From Alphaproteobacteria bacterium (lineage in GTDB: Bacteria; Pseudomonadota; Alphaproteobacteria; Caedimonadales; UBA9215), in the NCBI GenBank assembly GCA_024281375.1, contig JAJSAD010000052.1, positions 3,140-67,139 of the forward strand: DNA of 64,000 bases, written 5' to 3'. Position numbers and translations under genes: made by a program. A model generated the notes under the pieces. The model searched no databases. It saw only the letters and a list, made by a program, of their open reading frames with translations, and was not told the DNA's origin. Shown piece by piece: positions 16,974 to 27,757 of this stretch (the stretch's first letter is position 1; every line of letters begins with the position of its first letter).

Positions 16974-19900
16974 TTATAAGTGTGGAAACCGTTTCTTTAA
17001 TCGGCTTATCAAGTTTTCTTTTTGAAGGGCGACGTGGACATTTTCTTTTAGCATCAACGCGCACGGCGTCACAATGAGCGTGAGGATTGTCGCAAAGGTC
17101 ACCCCAAAAACAATGGCCGTTGAGAGGTCAACCCACCATTGAGAAGAAGGCGCATTGTAAGAAACAATGCCCTCAAAAAAGTTGAGGTTGAGTTTTAAAG
17201 ACATGGGAAGCAATCCTAAAACCGTTGTGATTTGGGTTAAGAGAACGGGTCTGATACGGGTCACACCGGTTTCAATGATGTTCTTTTTCATGTCTTTTGA
17301 TGTCTTTTTTAAGTGATCGAAAGTATCGATGAAGATGATATTATTACTCACGATAATCCCCCCAAGAGCAATGACACCAATCCCTCCCATGACAATACCA
17401 AAGGGTCTCCCCGTTATAAGCAGCCCAATAAAAACACCGATGGTGGATAAAAAGACAGCACTAAGAACCAACCCTGCTGAGAAAAAACTATTAAACTGAG
17501 TGACAAGGATAAGGGTGATCATAAAGAGAGCAACCAAGAAAGCTTTGCCCAGGAAGGCACTTGTTTCTTGTTGGTCTTTGTCTTCTCCTTTGAAATGAAT
17601 ACGAATCGTGGGGTCTTGGGGGTTCTCCTTAAGCCATTGTTGCACCTCAGCAATTTTTTGAGGTCCCAAAAATCCTTTTTCAAGTTCTGCGGTGATTTTA
17701 TAAACACGGGTGCCATCAACACGATTGATGGTGTCAAGTTTGGGTTGTAAAAATTGTGTAGTGAAGGAAGAGATAGGCGCAACGCCAAATTTAAAGGGGG
17801 GAACGATGCCTTTTGTGAACTGGATAAAAAGATTTTCCAGTTGTGTTAAATTGCGATATTCCTTTGGAAAACGCACGAGGATATCAATTTCATCGCGGCT
17901 ATCATCAGGCCTAAAAGTATCCAACACAACGCCATTAGAAATCAAACGAACGCCTTGGCCAACGTCGGCAACGTTGGATCCAAAGAGCGCTGCTTTCTCG
18001 CGGTCTATTTTAATAGCCCATTCAAAACCAGGGATGGGCCTTGTGTCTTCAACGGATTTCAGACCTGGTAGGGTATCAATGTAGTTCCTGACGGTACCCA
18101 CCGTTGCTAAAAGATTATCAGGAATACGAGAAGAGAATTCAATATGTAAGGGTTTTCCCGTTGGGGGACCTGCTTTTTCTTCATCGATTTGCACCACAAT
18201 GCCGGGAATATCTTGGGTGCGTTCTAGGACCTCTTTTAAAACTTTATCGGCTTTACGGCGGTGTTGCCAATCGACAAATTCAAGGGTAATAGTTCCGATG
18301 GTATCTTCGGGCGGGGAGGAAGATTTTTTACTATTATTGCTGCCAACGTCGGTGTTGGTATAGATGCTTTTGAATTCACCCATATCTTGGATACGATCTT
18401 CCACAAGTTTGACGAGATCATTTTTTTCATCAACGGAAAGATTCCCTTGGGCGCGCACTTGAATAGCGGCGTTATCTGGTTCGATGGAAGGAAAAAATTG
18501 AGTGCCATGATTAAGGAAGCTATAAATAAAGAGAACAGCGACAACGCTCCCCATGATTTTACCTAGGATTGTGCCAGGCTTTTCAAGGGCCTTTTGTAAG
18601 AAAATACGATAGTGTTTGATATACCATTCTTCTTGATGGTTTGTTTTTTTCTTAGGTCGTTTGCCAAAAATAGCCCCGAGGGTTGGCAGAAAAATAAGGG
18701 CCATGACAATGGATCCTGTGAGAGTTGCAATCAACGTCAAGGGGAGAAACTTCATAAATTGCCCGACGATGCCTGGCCAAAAAAGAAGGGGCATAAAGGC
18801 AACAATGATTGTTGCAATAGAAGAAATCACGGGCCAGGTCATGCGCTTTGCGGCTTCGATGAAGGCTTCTTTAGGAGGGGCGCCTTCGTTCATTTTTTGG
18901 TCCGCATATTCCGCCACAATAATAGCGCCATCCACCAGCATTCCGACCGAGAGAATCAAGGCAAAGAGCACAACGATATTGATGGTATAACCTTGCAAGG
19001 CAATAAAAAGGATCCCCATCAAAAAAGACCCAGGGACAGCAATGCCCACCAATAAAGACGAGCGCCATCCAAGGGAGAGGATAATGACCAGCATCACCAA
19101 AAGCACGGCGGCAATGACATTGTTCTCAAGGTCACCCAGCATGTCACGGATTTTTCCAGATTCATCTTGAGAATAATCGACGTTAAGATTCTCGGGCCAG
19201 TATTGTTGTTCTTCTTTAATAAGCTCTTGAACATTTTCAATGGTTTGGATGATATTTTCACCGGTACGTTTTGAAATCTCAAGGGCAATGGAGCTTTTAC
19301 CATTCAAGCGAGCATAGCCTGTGGGGTCTTTAAAAGTCCGCCTAATGTCGGCGATATCTTTAAAGCGGACAATACGATCGCCAAAAATCCCAACGGGGGT
19401 GTTCAAAATATCATCAACGGTGGTGAGAAGACCATTGATTTTGAGGGAAAAACGACCTTTCCCATTATCAAGTGTTCCTGCGGACACAAGGGCATTATTA
19501 CTTTTGAAAAGAGTGATAATGTTTTTAAAATTAAGATTGTACTTTTCAAGACGAGAAGGATGCACAATAATTTCGATTGTTTCCTCGCGGTCTCCGACGA
19601 TTTTTGCTTCTAAAACGCTGGAGATATTGCCTTCAATTCTATCTCTCAAATCTTTAGCTACTTGATAGAGAGCGCGCCGTGGAAGAGAACCCGAGAGGTG
19701 AACCACAAGGACAGGAAATTGACTGAAGCTCACCTCTTTGACGGTAGGATCATCGGTGTCGGCGGGAAGATCTGATTTGGCTTCGTCTACTTTTTCACGG
19801 ACATCATCCAGGGCTTTTTTTGAGTCAAATCCTGCAGTAAATTCCAGAGTCACACTCCCGGAATTTTCTTTAGCGCTTGAGCGCATTTCTTTAAGGCCTT

Positions 19901-20123
19901 CAATGGACCTCACTTTTTGTTCAATAGGTCTGACAATGAGGCGTTCACCATCTTCGGGGGAAATACCCTCGTGGTGATAGCTGATATTAATAATGGGGAT
20001 TTTAACGTCAGGAGCAGATTCTTTAGGAATATTGATATAGGTGATGGTTCCCGCCAATAAAATAAAAACGAGGGTAAAGATAACGGTTCTCGAGCGATCA
20101 ATGGCCAGTTGGATCAGAGACAT
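16974..20123 (-). CDS. RND family efflux transporter permease (AcrB/MdtB-like)
   Basis: 1049 aa with 12-TM AcrB architecture, starting MSLIQLAIDRSRTVIFTLVFILLAGTITY. It overlaps the stop of the upstream adaptor gene. Confidence 0.9.
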   Translation of the reverse strand: MSLIQLAIDRSRTVIFTLVFILLAGTITYINIPKESAPDVKIPIINISYHHEGISPEDGERLIVRPIEQKVRSIEGLKEMRSSAKENSGSVTLEFTAGFDSKKALDDVREKVDEAKSDLPADTDDPTVKEVSFSQFPVLVVHLSGSLPRRALYQVAKDLRDRIEGNISSVLEAKIVGDREETIEIIVHPSRLEKYNLNFKNIITLFKSNNALVSAGTLDNGKGRFSLKINGLLTTVDDILNTPVGIFGDRIVRFKDIADIRRTFKDPTGYARLNGKSSIALEISKRTGENIIQTIENVQELIKEEQQYWPENLNVDYSQDESGKIRDMLGDLENNVIAAVLLVMLVIILSLGWRSSLLVGIAVPGSFLMGILFIALQGYTINIVVLFALILSVGMLVDGAIIVAEYADQKMNEGAPPKEAFIEAAKRMTWPVISSIATIIVAFMPLLFWPGIVGQFMKFLPLTLIATLTGSIVMALIFLPTLGAIFGKRPKKKTNHQEEWYIKHYRIFLQKALEKPGTILGKIMGSVVAVLFIYSFLNHGTQFFPSIEPDNAAIQVRAQGNLSVDEKNDLVKLVEDRIQDMGEFKSIYTNTDVGSNNSKKSSSPPEDTIGTITLEFVDWQHRRKADKVLKEVLERTQDIPGIVVQIDEEKAGPPTGKPLHIEFSSRIPDNLLATVGTVRNYIDTLPGLKSVEDTRPIPGFEWAIKIDREKAALFGSNVADVGQGVRLISNGVVLDTFRPDDSRDEIDILVRFPKEYRNLTQLENLFIQFTKGIVPPFKFGVAPISSFTTQFLQPKLDTINRVDGTRVYKITAELEKGFLGPQKIAEVQQWLKENPQDPTIRIHFKGEDKDQQETSAFLGKAFLVALFMITLILVTQFNSFFSAGLVLSAVFLSTIGVFIGLLITGRPFGIVMGGIGVIALGGIIVSNNIIFIDTFDHLKKTSKDMKKNIIETGVTRIRPVLLTQITTVLGLLPMSLKLNLNFFEGIVSYNAPSSQWWVDLSTAIVFGVTFATILTLIVTPCALMLKENVHVALQKENLISRLKKRFPHL

Positions 20124-21276
20124 TTTTATCCTCAGGAGTTGTGTCGTGGGTCACATTCATCACAACAGGGTCGACGGTATCGCCCGCCTTGACATAATAT
20201 TGACCAACGGTAATAACTTTTGTCTCATCGGGGAGACCCCGAACCCAGATTCCTGTGTCATCATGATTTAAAATATCGATGGTATGGAAAGCAACTTTGT
20301 TGTCTTGGTCTACGGTTTTGATGCCTGGTTTTCCATCATGATCCATGGCAATGGCAGCGGGAGAAAACAGGTGAGCTTTGGAGGTGTCTACAGGAATTTG
20401 AATGGAAGCCGTTAGGCCATCGGAAAGCATGGCGTCTGTATTATTGATGGTAATTTCCACACGGTATGTGCGCGTATTTGAGTCTGCAATGGCACTCACA
20501 AAGGTGACCTCACCAGCAAGGCAATTGTCCGAGCAGTGAATCTTTGTCTGAGAGCCAAGCTGAATACGGTGAATATCTTTTTCAGACACAAAGACCACAG
20601 CAAGAAGAGGGTCCAAGGAGACATAATCCAAGAGTTTGTCTCCGGTCTTTACATAATCACCCAATTGAACATAGCGTGTGTCCACACGGCCATCAAAGGG
20701 GGCTCTTACCTTTGTAAACTCAATGTCCGTTTGGATTTGTTCAAGGGCGGCTTGGGCGGATTCGAGTTGGGATTTTGCTTCGGCAACGGCGGTTTTAGAT
20801 TTAAATTTGTTGGACTGAAGTTTTTTTGCATTATTATAGTCAAGCAAGCGTTGTTCAACGACGGCTTTTGCTTCCCGTAATGTTGACAACCGGGAGGCAA
20901 AAGAAAGATTTAAGATATCTTGGCCCTTTAAAAGGGTCTCCCCTTTTTCAGCAGGAATACTTTTAACGATTCCGGCGGTTTCTGCCTTTAAAGTGACTTT
21001 GTTCAGGGCTTCAAGAGACCCTTGAAGGGTATAGTAGGTTGTTTTTTCTTGAGCTTTAGAATTAATTACTTGTACCCGCACAAGTTTATTTTCATTATTT
21101 TTAGCCGGAGGGACTGTGTTTGAAAAAATTGTCCCCAATATGAACCAAAGGAATAAAACGACGCCTACCAAGAATAGGTTAAAACGTTGATTATCAAAAG
21201 ATAAAGGGCCAACATATCTTTGAAGAGTTTTTTTAGACTCTTTCAAAAAGGGCTGTAAAAAATCCGTCTGTTTCAT
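20098..21276 (-). CDS. RND efflux periplasmic adaptor (membrane fusion protein, HlyD family)
   Basis: 392 aa with an N-terminal TM, coiled-coil hairpin, lipoyl and beta-barrel segments (FTKVRAPFDGRVDTRYVQLGDYVKTGDKLL). The 5' end overlaps the rsmB 3' end by 44 nt, so the true start is uncertain. Confidence 0.8.
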   Translation of the reverse strand: MKQTDFLQPFLKESKKTLQRYVGPLSFDNQRFNLFLVGVVLFLWFILGTIFSNTVPPAKNNENKLVRVQVINSKAQEKTTYYTLQGSLEALNKVTLKAETAGIVKSIPAEKGETLLKGQDILNLSFASRLSTLREAKAVVEQRLLDYNNAKKLQSNKFKSKTAVAEAKSQLESAQAALEQIQTDIEFTKVRAPFDGRVDTRYVQLGDYVKTGDKLLDYVSLDPLLAVVFVSEKDIHRIQLGSQTKIHCSDNCLAGEVTFVSAIADSNTRTYRVEITINNTDAMLSDGLTASIQIPVDTSKAHLFSPAAIAMDHDGKPGIKTVDQDNKVAFHTIDILNHDDTGIWVRGLPDETKVITVGQYYVKAGDTVDPVVMNVTHDTTPEDKNVSDPTGH

Positions 21277-22486
21277 GATTACTGGGTCCTAGGGCTAAGA
21301 ATTCACCCGTGCCTTCAGGTGTTTTACTTAAAACTTTATCACAGATTGTCGAGGCCTTCACCAGGGAAAAGAAGGAATGCTCTTGAAGGAACCAGTTGGC
21401 TTGGTCTTGGTTTTCTGTTGCTAGAAGAGAACAGGTTGCATAAACAAGTCGGCCTCTCTCAGCCACAAAACGTTGAGCATCGCGGAGAATTTCCTGCTGC
21501 CTATTGATGTATTCTTTAACTTTTTCTGGTGATAAAAGAACCTTTAATTCGGGGTGACGGCGCAAGGTTCCCGTTCCTGAACAAGGGGCATCGACGAGGA
21601 CAAGGTCATAAACATTAATATGCTGAGTATCCCTTATAAAATGATCATATTCAATAAAGTCAATATTGTGAAGACCTTGTTGTTCTGCGCGTTGATGGGC
21701 AATTTTAAGGCGTTTAAGATCAGGGTCCGTTGCAGTGATTCGAGCCGTTCTGCAAAAAGAAGCAAGGGCAAGGGATTTTCCGCCCGCCCCGGCACACAAA
21801 TCTAGAATTTTCATATCAGGTTTTGGCTCACAAAGAAGAGCCAATATTTGAGAACTCTCCTCTTGAATATCAATTGCGCCTTTTTCAAAAAGAGGATGGT
21901 TCTTCATATTAATTTTATCAAGGATGCGAAGACAGTGGGGAGAATAGGGTGTTTTTTGTAGAGTCATCCCCTCATTTACGAGAGCTGTTTGAATTTTTTC
22001 GATGTCCGTATTGCAACGAATATCAAAGGGAGCTTGTTCCTGAAGAGCCTTAAGGGTGGTCTCATCACAGGTTTCTTGAAGAGCTTTAAACAGCCAAGAT
22101 GGGAGCCAATACTGAGCAGCCGATGAGATTTTCTTCTCTTTAATATCCTGACACAGAACGATTTCTTCTTCACTCAAAGGCGCAGGTGCATTGATGTCAC
22201 CGGTAAAAATAGAAGAAATTTCAGTGCCTTCTTTGAGGGTGAGGTAGGCGATCATCAAGGGACGTCCCAGCATCACTTTCCACTCTTTGATGTTAAGGAG
22301 CTCCATAAAAAGAGGCGCGCGACGCATGACCTCAAAAACAATGTTGCCAATGGTGCGGCGATCTTTAGAGCCCGCATAACGACGGTCTTTGAGCTCTCGT
22401 TTAATACGCGGGGAAAGGGGACCATGGGTCGGACGATAAGCATCTAAAATTTCGATGGCTGTTTGATATTGTGCATTTGGTTTCAT
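21233..22486 (-). CDS. rsmB: 16S rRNA (cytosine-C5) methyltransferase RsmB/Sun family
   Basis: SAM motif ILDLCAGAGGKS, catalytic DAPCSGTGTLRRHPE, and ATCSL. Confidence 0.85.
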   Translation of the reverse strand: MKPNAQYQTAIEILDAYRPTHGPLSPRIKRELKDRRYAGSKDRRTIGNIVFEVMRRAPLFMELLNIKEWKVMLGRPLMIAYLTLKEGTEISSIFTGDINAPAPLSEEEIVLCQDIKEKKISSAAQYWLPSWLFKALQETCDETTLKALQEQAPFDIRCNTDIEKIQTALVNEGMTLQKTPYSPHCLRILDKINMKNHPLFEKGAIDIQEESSQILALLCEPKPDMKILDLCAGAGGKSLALASFCRTARITATDPDLKRLKIAHQRAEQQGLHNIDFIEYDHFIRDTQHINVYDLVLVDAPCSGTGTLRRHPELKVLLSPEKVKEYINRQQEILRDAQRFVAERGRLVYATCSLLATENQDQANWFLQEHSFFSLVKASTICDKVLSKTPEGTGEFLALGPSNHETDGFFTALFERV

Positions 22487-22513
22487 GGGAAAGGAACACT
22501 TTTTTTTTAAAGG

Positions 22514-23257
22514 TTAAGGCTGAAAGTTAAGACAAATCACATAGGTCTCGGGAGACTCTTTGCGGCTTGCGGGGGGTTTAAAATGTTTGACCGTTTGAAA
22601 ATGCTTTTTGAGGAGGTCGAGCATTTCCCGATGAGTTCCGCCAGCAAAAACTTTGGCAACAAAATGACCACCAGGTCGCAAGTGCTCTAAGGCAAAAGAG
22701 AACGCCGTTTCCCCTAGGAGTGTTGTGCGCAAATGATCTGTGCCCGCGTGGCCCGTGGTGTAGGCTGCAAGGTCGCTAATGATGAGGTCCACAGGACCTG
22801 GTAAAAGAGCCGCTAGTTTTTGTTTGCTTTCTTGCTCTAGAAAATTTCCTTGAACAAAAGTCACGCCATTTAGGGCATCCATTTCAAGGATATCTAACGC
22901 GAAAACAGAACCTTTTCCGTGTTTGTCTTTGATGATTTGGGCGGCTATTTGGGACCATCCTCCAGGTGCAGCTCCTAAATCAACAATCACAGAATTTGGT
23001 TTCACAAGATCAAAACGTTCATTAATTTCAATGAATTTAAAGGCGGCCCGTGAGCGATATCCGAGAGATTGGGCTTCCTGGACGTAAGGATCATTCAGTT
23101 GACGCTGCAACCACCGTTGGGAAGAATTCTTACGCCCCCGTGCTGTTTTAAGCTGCACAGATTTTTTACGAAAACCACTCATCGGTCGTTTGATTTTACT
23201 GCCGGTCTTGTCATTGGTTTTCACGGGGCGTTTTGTGATGTGCCGGGTAATATTCAT
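22514..23257 (-). CDS. rlmE: 23S rRNA 2'-O-ribose U2552 methyltransferase RlmE (FtsJ)
   Basis: RSRAAFKFIEINERF..VVDLGAAPGGWSQ...ISDLA...KVF.G matches the FtsJ/RrmJ family. Confidence 0.9.
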   Translation of the reverse strand: MNITRHITKRPVKTNDKTGSKIKRPMSGFRKKSVQLKTARGRKNSSQRWLQRQLNDPYVQEAQSLGYRSRAAFKFIEINERFDLVKPNSVIVDLGAAPGGWSQIAAQIIKDKHGKGSVFALDILEMDALNGVTFVQGNFLEQESKQKLAALLPGPVDLIISDLAAYTTGHAGTDHLRTTLLGETAFSFALEHLRPGGHFVAKVFAGGTHREMLDLLKKHFQTVKHFKPPASRKESPETYVICLNFQP

Positions 23258-24261
23258 GAAGCGATATTATTTCTGGGGTCAAGGCGTTCAGGATAAGCCA
23301 GCGCATAAACAATACCATCTCGCACGCCCCGGTCTGTAACAGTTACGCAAAGACCAGGAAAGGTTGTATAAATCCCTTCAAAAATGGCAAGACCTCCCAG
23401 AATAAGATCATCTCGAGACTGGCCAATACAGGGATGCAAAAGGCGCTCATCAGGGCTCATAAGCTGGACATGTTTGATGGTTTTTTCAATATCTTCAAAG
23501 GTGAGAATACTCCCATCAACTTTTTCACGATCATAGAATCGTAAATTTTGATGAAGGGCAGAGACCGTTGTGATGGTCCCGGAGGTACCAATAAGTTGGA
23601 TTTTATCTGCCGCAATAAGGTCAGCGATTTTGTGCTTTTTTGCAAAAGGTTGCGTTAAGGATAAAACATGCTGAACGGTTTGTGAGTAGTTTTTAAAGGT
23701 TGTGTGTTCAAGGTCTTCGGCCAAAGATACAACACCCAGGGGAATGGAAATGGAATCAATCAAGTGGGGGCTATTTTGGTTTGTTACGTCGGCAAAAATA
23801 ACTTCGGTGCTTCCCCCACCAATATCAAAGATAAGAGCATGGTTGTATTTTGGATCAACGAGTTCGGCACACCCAAGAGTGGCAAAAATAGCCTCTTGTT
23901 CACTGGAGATAATCTGTAAATCTAAACCAAGTTCTTGTTTAATGCGCTCCAAAAATTCAGGACTATTTTGAGCCTTTCGAGTCGCAGCCGTTGTGATGGC
24001 CAGGGTTTTGACATTATGATAGTGAGAAATTTTCTTTTGAAAGAGTTCTAAGGCATTCAAGGCCCGCTCCATGGCTTCAAAGGAAAGTTTATTCGTTTTA
24101 TTAATTTTTTCGCCGAGGCACACAAAGCGTGAGGTAGCTTCAAGGTTTTCAATACCTTGGTCTGTTTTATTAGAAACCAGTAGTCGACAATTCCGGCTAC
24201 CAAGATCAATGGCCGCAAAATATTGTTTTTGGGTCGTGGCAGCGTTGTGGTTTTGTGTCAT
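23254..24261 (-). CDS. Ppx/GppA family phosphatase (exopolyphosphatase / pppGpp phosphohydrolase)
   Basis: AAIDLGSRNCRLLV and IFDIGGGSTE are ASKHA-fold motifs. I chose the start at Met23 of the track ORF (ATG 24261, MTQNH...). The track ORF extends to 24327. Confidence 0.8.
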   Translation of the reverse strand: MTQNHNAATTQKQYFAAIDLGSRNCRLLVSNKTDQGIENLEATSRFVCLGEKINKTNKLSFEAMERALNALELFQKKISHYHNVKTLAITTAATRKAQNSPEFLERIKQELGLDLQIISSEQEAIFATLGCAELVDPKYNHALIFDIGGGSTEVIFADVTNQNSPHLIDSISIPLGVVSLAEDLEHTTFKNYSQTVQHVLSLTQPFAKKHKIADLIAADKIQLIGTSGTITTVSALHQNLRFYDREKVDGSILTFEDIEKTIKHVQLMSPDERLLHPCIGQSRDDLILGGLAIFEGIYTTFPGLCVTVTDRGVRDGIVYALAYPERLDPRNNIAS

Positions 24262-24351
24262 AATTCTAAAAGGTGCCTGGTATCTATGTAACTTAAAGAT
24301 ATAGCGCAAAAGGTAGGCGTAGAACAAGTTTTATTTACGGGGGAAGGAAAA

Positions 24352-25347
24352 ATGAACAGGTTTAAGAAGAGGAATTATCTCCATAGGTTTTTGAGTGTTT
24401 TGATGGTATTAATGTCGACCTCGTGGGGAGACGCATTGGGAAGTGCGATGGATGAAAGTGGTGTAGAGGCGGAAGCCTCTTTTTTTACACCTAAAATTAT
24501 TGGGGAAATTGAAAGTCTTACGGCTTTTGTTAACGGGAGGACAGATGTTAACGGAAGGACAGAAGAGAATTTTAAAGCGGCAACAAAAGATATCATAGAG
24601 ATGATAGACGGCAAGGAGAAGGCAGAATTGGAAGACATAAAATGTCGACAGTTACAGACTTTTTTTACTGCTTCCGCCTCCTTTTTAAAGACTTTTTCAA
24701 AAGTTAACTTAAAGTTTTTAGAGTCCATAGGACCTTCTTTTTCCATACTAGGAGCTTGTCAATCTTCTTAACTGGGTACGGATTTTTTAAGTTTTTTAAC
24801 CGTTTACCAAAAGAAATCATTGAAAATTATCAAAGGTTTGTCTCAAGACCCGAATGAATTAAGTTTGAATACGATGCGGTCTATGGGAGTCATTGTTGCA
24901 TTTTTACGTCCTTATGAAGACAGAGGGCTGGGCAAAAAATTTTCAGAGTTAGAAACGGCCTATCATCATGTTCTTAGCCATTTTCAAAAAGCCATACGAG
25001 AACAAGTGCGTTCTGAACTCACGCCTGTTTTCTATGATGCTCGTGGCGATGATCGTCGCTGGCTGAAATCACCACAGGTAGAATTTGTATTGACAGTAGG
25101 AAGAACAGCTTTTGAGTCATATATCGATACGAGGGGTTCTTTAGAACGTGCTGAAATATGGCAGGTAAAACAACATAAGAAAGTAGATCGGTGCAGTGCT
25201 GATAAAAAGGGGGCAATCCTCCTAACCTCTCGAAAAAAATCGAAATACAAAAGAGGGAGCAAAAAATACAAGAATGATCGTCCAGATATGAATAATGGAC
25301 GGGGTGGCAGAGAAAAATCCCGATCAAAATCGTATCGATATCCCTAG
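24352..25347 (+). pseudogene. Orphan secreted-protein gene interrupted by one in-frame TAA (24769-24771)
   Basis: Track ORFs 24352..24771 and 24820..25347 are in the same frame. The 48 nt between them contain no further stop. The second ORF has only a TTG start and no SD. The N-terminus is signal-like (FLSVLMVLMSTSWG) and the C-terminus is very basic. Confidence 0.5.
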
Positions 25348-25386
25348 ACGTTCTTTTTAATTTTGTTATAATAGAGGTTCTCAAAT

Positions 25387-25457
25387 TGGGAAATAGTTTA
25401 GCGGTAGAACTCTCGGCTCTGGACCGGGCAACCCAGGTTCGAATCCTGGTTTCCCAG
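25387..25457 (+). tRNA. tRNA-Gln (anticodon CTG)
   Basis: Cloverleaf read by eye. Acceptor TGGGAAA/TTTCCCA, D arm GTTT-AGCGGTA-GAAC, anticodon stem CTCGG/CCGGG with loop CT-CTG-GA, T arm CCAGG-TTCGAAT-CCTGG, discriminator G. The 5' U and ...CCCAG 3' end resemble bacterial tRNA-Gln. CCA is not encoded. Confidence 0.85.
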
Positions 25458-25467
25458 CCCCTTATTT

Positions 25468-27741
25468 TTAGGGGTCGTTTAGAGTTTTTTCATCGTCTTT
25501 TTTCTCTTCTTTGGCTTGGGGTTTTTGACCGAGACCAAATTGATCCCCGCTGATTTGTACCTCTCCCAAATTTTTGAAAGAAAGTCTAAACATGACGGTG
25601 ACACCTGGTTTGTAGTCGCGGTCTTGATAAAAAGTTTTCACAATAGATGTTGAAAATTTAAAGCAATCATCTTCAAAGGTAAGCGCCCCTCCATGGGAAA
25701 GATTCCCCCCTTTGCGACCGAGTTCGCGAGTGATATCCCCTTGAATTGACCAGTGTTTGGTAAACTGAGAGGAAGCCCCATAGCTGACTTGTTCAATGGA
25801 AATACCGGGAATGGTGACCTTTGGAAAACGTGTATAGGTTACTCGAACCTTAAAGATCGGTTGTCCCACACTTAAGGAGGATTCATTACGTTTTGCTTGA
25901 AGGCTCCTTTTACTTAACAGAAGACGACTGTTCATGTCGATCCAATCACGGTAGGTGTAGTTGGCCCGCACAATGTAATCGGACTGACGGGAGCGTAGAC
26001 CCGTTGATTCAAAACTATCGGGGACTTTAGAGAGACTGTGGGACTGCCCTAGGAACAATTCAGAATTACCGATGTTTTTTGAATAATAAGCAAATTTTGT
26101 CCCATAATTAAAGCGCGACCACTCATCCATAACGTCAAGGCCCGTTAAGCGATTGGATGATAAAATATTAGCATCGCTGAGCTCAAATAGAGAAGAATCT
26201 TCATTGGGAATACGCACAGAATTGCGGTTATTTGCCGTCACAACAAAACCAGCAACGGGTTCAATGACAAAACGTCCCCCTTGAAGAACTTTATAAAAGG
26301 GATATTTCAAATGGGCGTGGGTTGTGGGTGAAAAGCGAATGCGTTGTCCTGAGTAGTGGGAGCCATCATTTAAAAGAAGGTTGGTTACGCGATAAAAATC
26401 CCAACGTCCTTGAAGGCCAAAATCTGTTACCGTGCCAAGGGAACTGATCCATTGTGCTTTCCAGCCCCCTTCCGCTGAAAAGCGTTTTACATTTTGTCCT
26501 TTACGGCGCTGGAGATTTAAAAAACTTGTGTCCAGAAAAAATGTTCCGTCCAAGAAAGTCGGTTGAGACAAAAGGTGCATCTCTGCTGACGGCGCTACAA
26601 AGGGAATCTTGGAGGTCGTATCTTCTTGTCTTAGGCTTTGGTAGCTGATGCCTTCAAGGAGGGCGTAATTACGGTTCCAAAAAGTTTCAGTATAGACCCG
26701 TGACGTTAGAAAACTTTCTCGACCAACACCAAGGAAGCGATATTTTTTGAGATAAGTATCATCCAGAGCCCGTTGGATATTAAAGCCCGTGAACCAATTA
26801 TCCGTGATACCAAAGCGGGCTTTTGTTTTAAGGTGACCGCGCAGTTGATTTTTAGAGGTTTCATTATCCTTAGGCCCGCGTAGATAGTGGCTTTTTGTCA
26901 CACTGGTTTCAAACTCCCAGTGACCGTTACAAAAGTTCTGACGATAAGCAAGCATAAGAAGCGGATTTTCTCGGGTATAAACCGGTGTAATTGTCAGATC
27001 TTTACTCTCATCAATAGCCCAATAATAGGGCACTCCAATAATGGCACCAAGATTTCCAGACCCTCCAAAAAAAGGTGTCAGAAAACCAGAACGACGTTTC
27101 ACTGTGGGTCCCGGATGAGAGAGGTAAGGCGTATACATCACGGGAATGCCCCACATTTCAAGGGTCGAGTCCGCATGGGTGATATCCCCTGTTTCCTCAT
27201 CCCAAACCATATGGCGGGATTTAATAAGCCATGTGGGTGATTTCGAGGGATCTGTGCGACACACATGACAAGGGCTATAGACCACTTGATCAAATTGATT
27301 GTGAGTACCATCCTTACGTTTTACTCTATTGGCGGCATAAAGAGAATCATCGGACATAATACCTTTGATAGCCTCGGAAAAGCCTTGTTTAAGGTCACCG
27401 CTAATATCAAAACGATCGGTAAAAGTGATGTTGTTTTGATCATCTATGAGTTTGACATGACCAATGGCAATGATTTTGTCTTCTTTTTGATCATAAACGA
27501 TTTTGTCAGCATAAAGAGTCAGTCCTCCTCGGGAAATTTCCACGTGACCACTGGCATTTATGATTTCTTTTTGCTGGTCGTAAGATATGTTATCAGCAAA
27601 CAAAAGGGTGCGGTGTTCTTGTCTCTGAGAGTCTAATGTAGACGTTCCTTCATTTGGATTCAAAAAGGTTTGGTCATCGGCGTTTACAAGTGTGCTGATA
27701 AGCAAGAATGCGAAAAAGGAAAGGGGGAATTTACAAGTCAT
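25468..27741 (-). CDS. lptD: LPS assembly outer membrane protein LptD
   Basis: 757 aa with a signal peptide, an OstA-N beta-jellyroll (LFADNISYDQQKEIINASGHVEISRGGLTLYADKIVYDQKEDKIIAIGHVKL) and a large C-terminal barrel. Confidence 0.9.
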   Translation of the reverse strand: MTCKFPLSFFAFLLISTLVNADDQTFLNPNEGTSTLDSQRQEHRTLLFADNISYDQQKEIINASGHVEISRGGLTLYADKIVYDQKEDKIIAIGHVKLIDDQNNITFTDRFDISGDLKQGFSEAIKGIMSDDSLYAANRVKRKDGTHNQFDQVVYSPCHVCRTDPSKSPTWLIKSRHMVWDEETGDITHADSTLEMWGIPVMYTPYLSHPGPTVKRRSGFLTPFFGGSGNLGAIIGVPYYWAIDESKDLTITPVYTRENPLLMLAYRQNFCNGHWEFETSVTKSHYLRGPKDNETSKNQLRGHLKTKARFGITDNWFTGFNIQRALDDTYLKKYRFLGVGRESFLTSRVYTETFWNRNYALLEGISYQSLRQEDTTSKIPFVAPSAEMHLLSQPTFLDGTFFLDTSFLNLQRRKGQNVKRFSAEGGWKAQWISSLGTVTDFGLQGRWDFYRVTNLLLNDGSHYSGQRIRFSPTTHAHLKYPFYKVLQGGRFVIEPVAGFVVTANNRNSVRIPNEDSSLFELSDANILSSNRLTGLDVMDEWSRFNYGTKFAYYSKNIGNSELFLGQSHSLSKVPDSFESTGLRSRQSDYIVRANYTYRDWIDMNSRLLLSKRSLQAKRNESSLSVGQPIFKVRVTYTRFPKVTIPGISIEQVSYGASSQFTKHWSIQGDITRELGRKGGNLSHGGALTFEDDCFKFSTSIVKTFYQDRDYKPGVTVMFRLSFKNLGEVQISGDQFGLGQKPQAKEEKKDDEKTLNDP

Positions 27742-27757
27742 TAAAGTGTTCTTTTAT

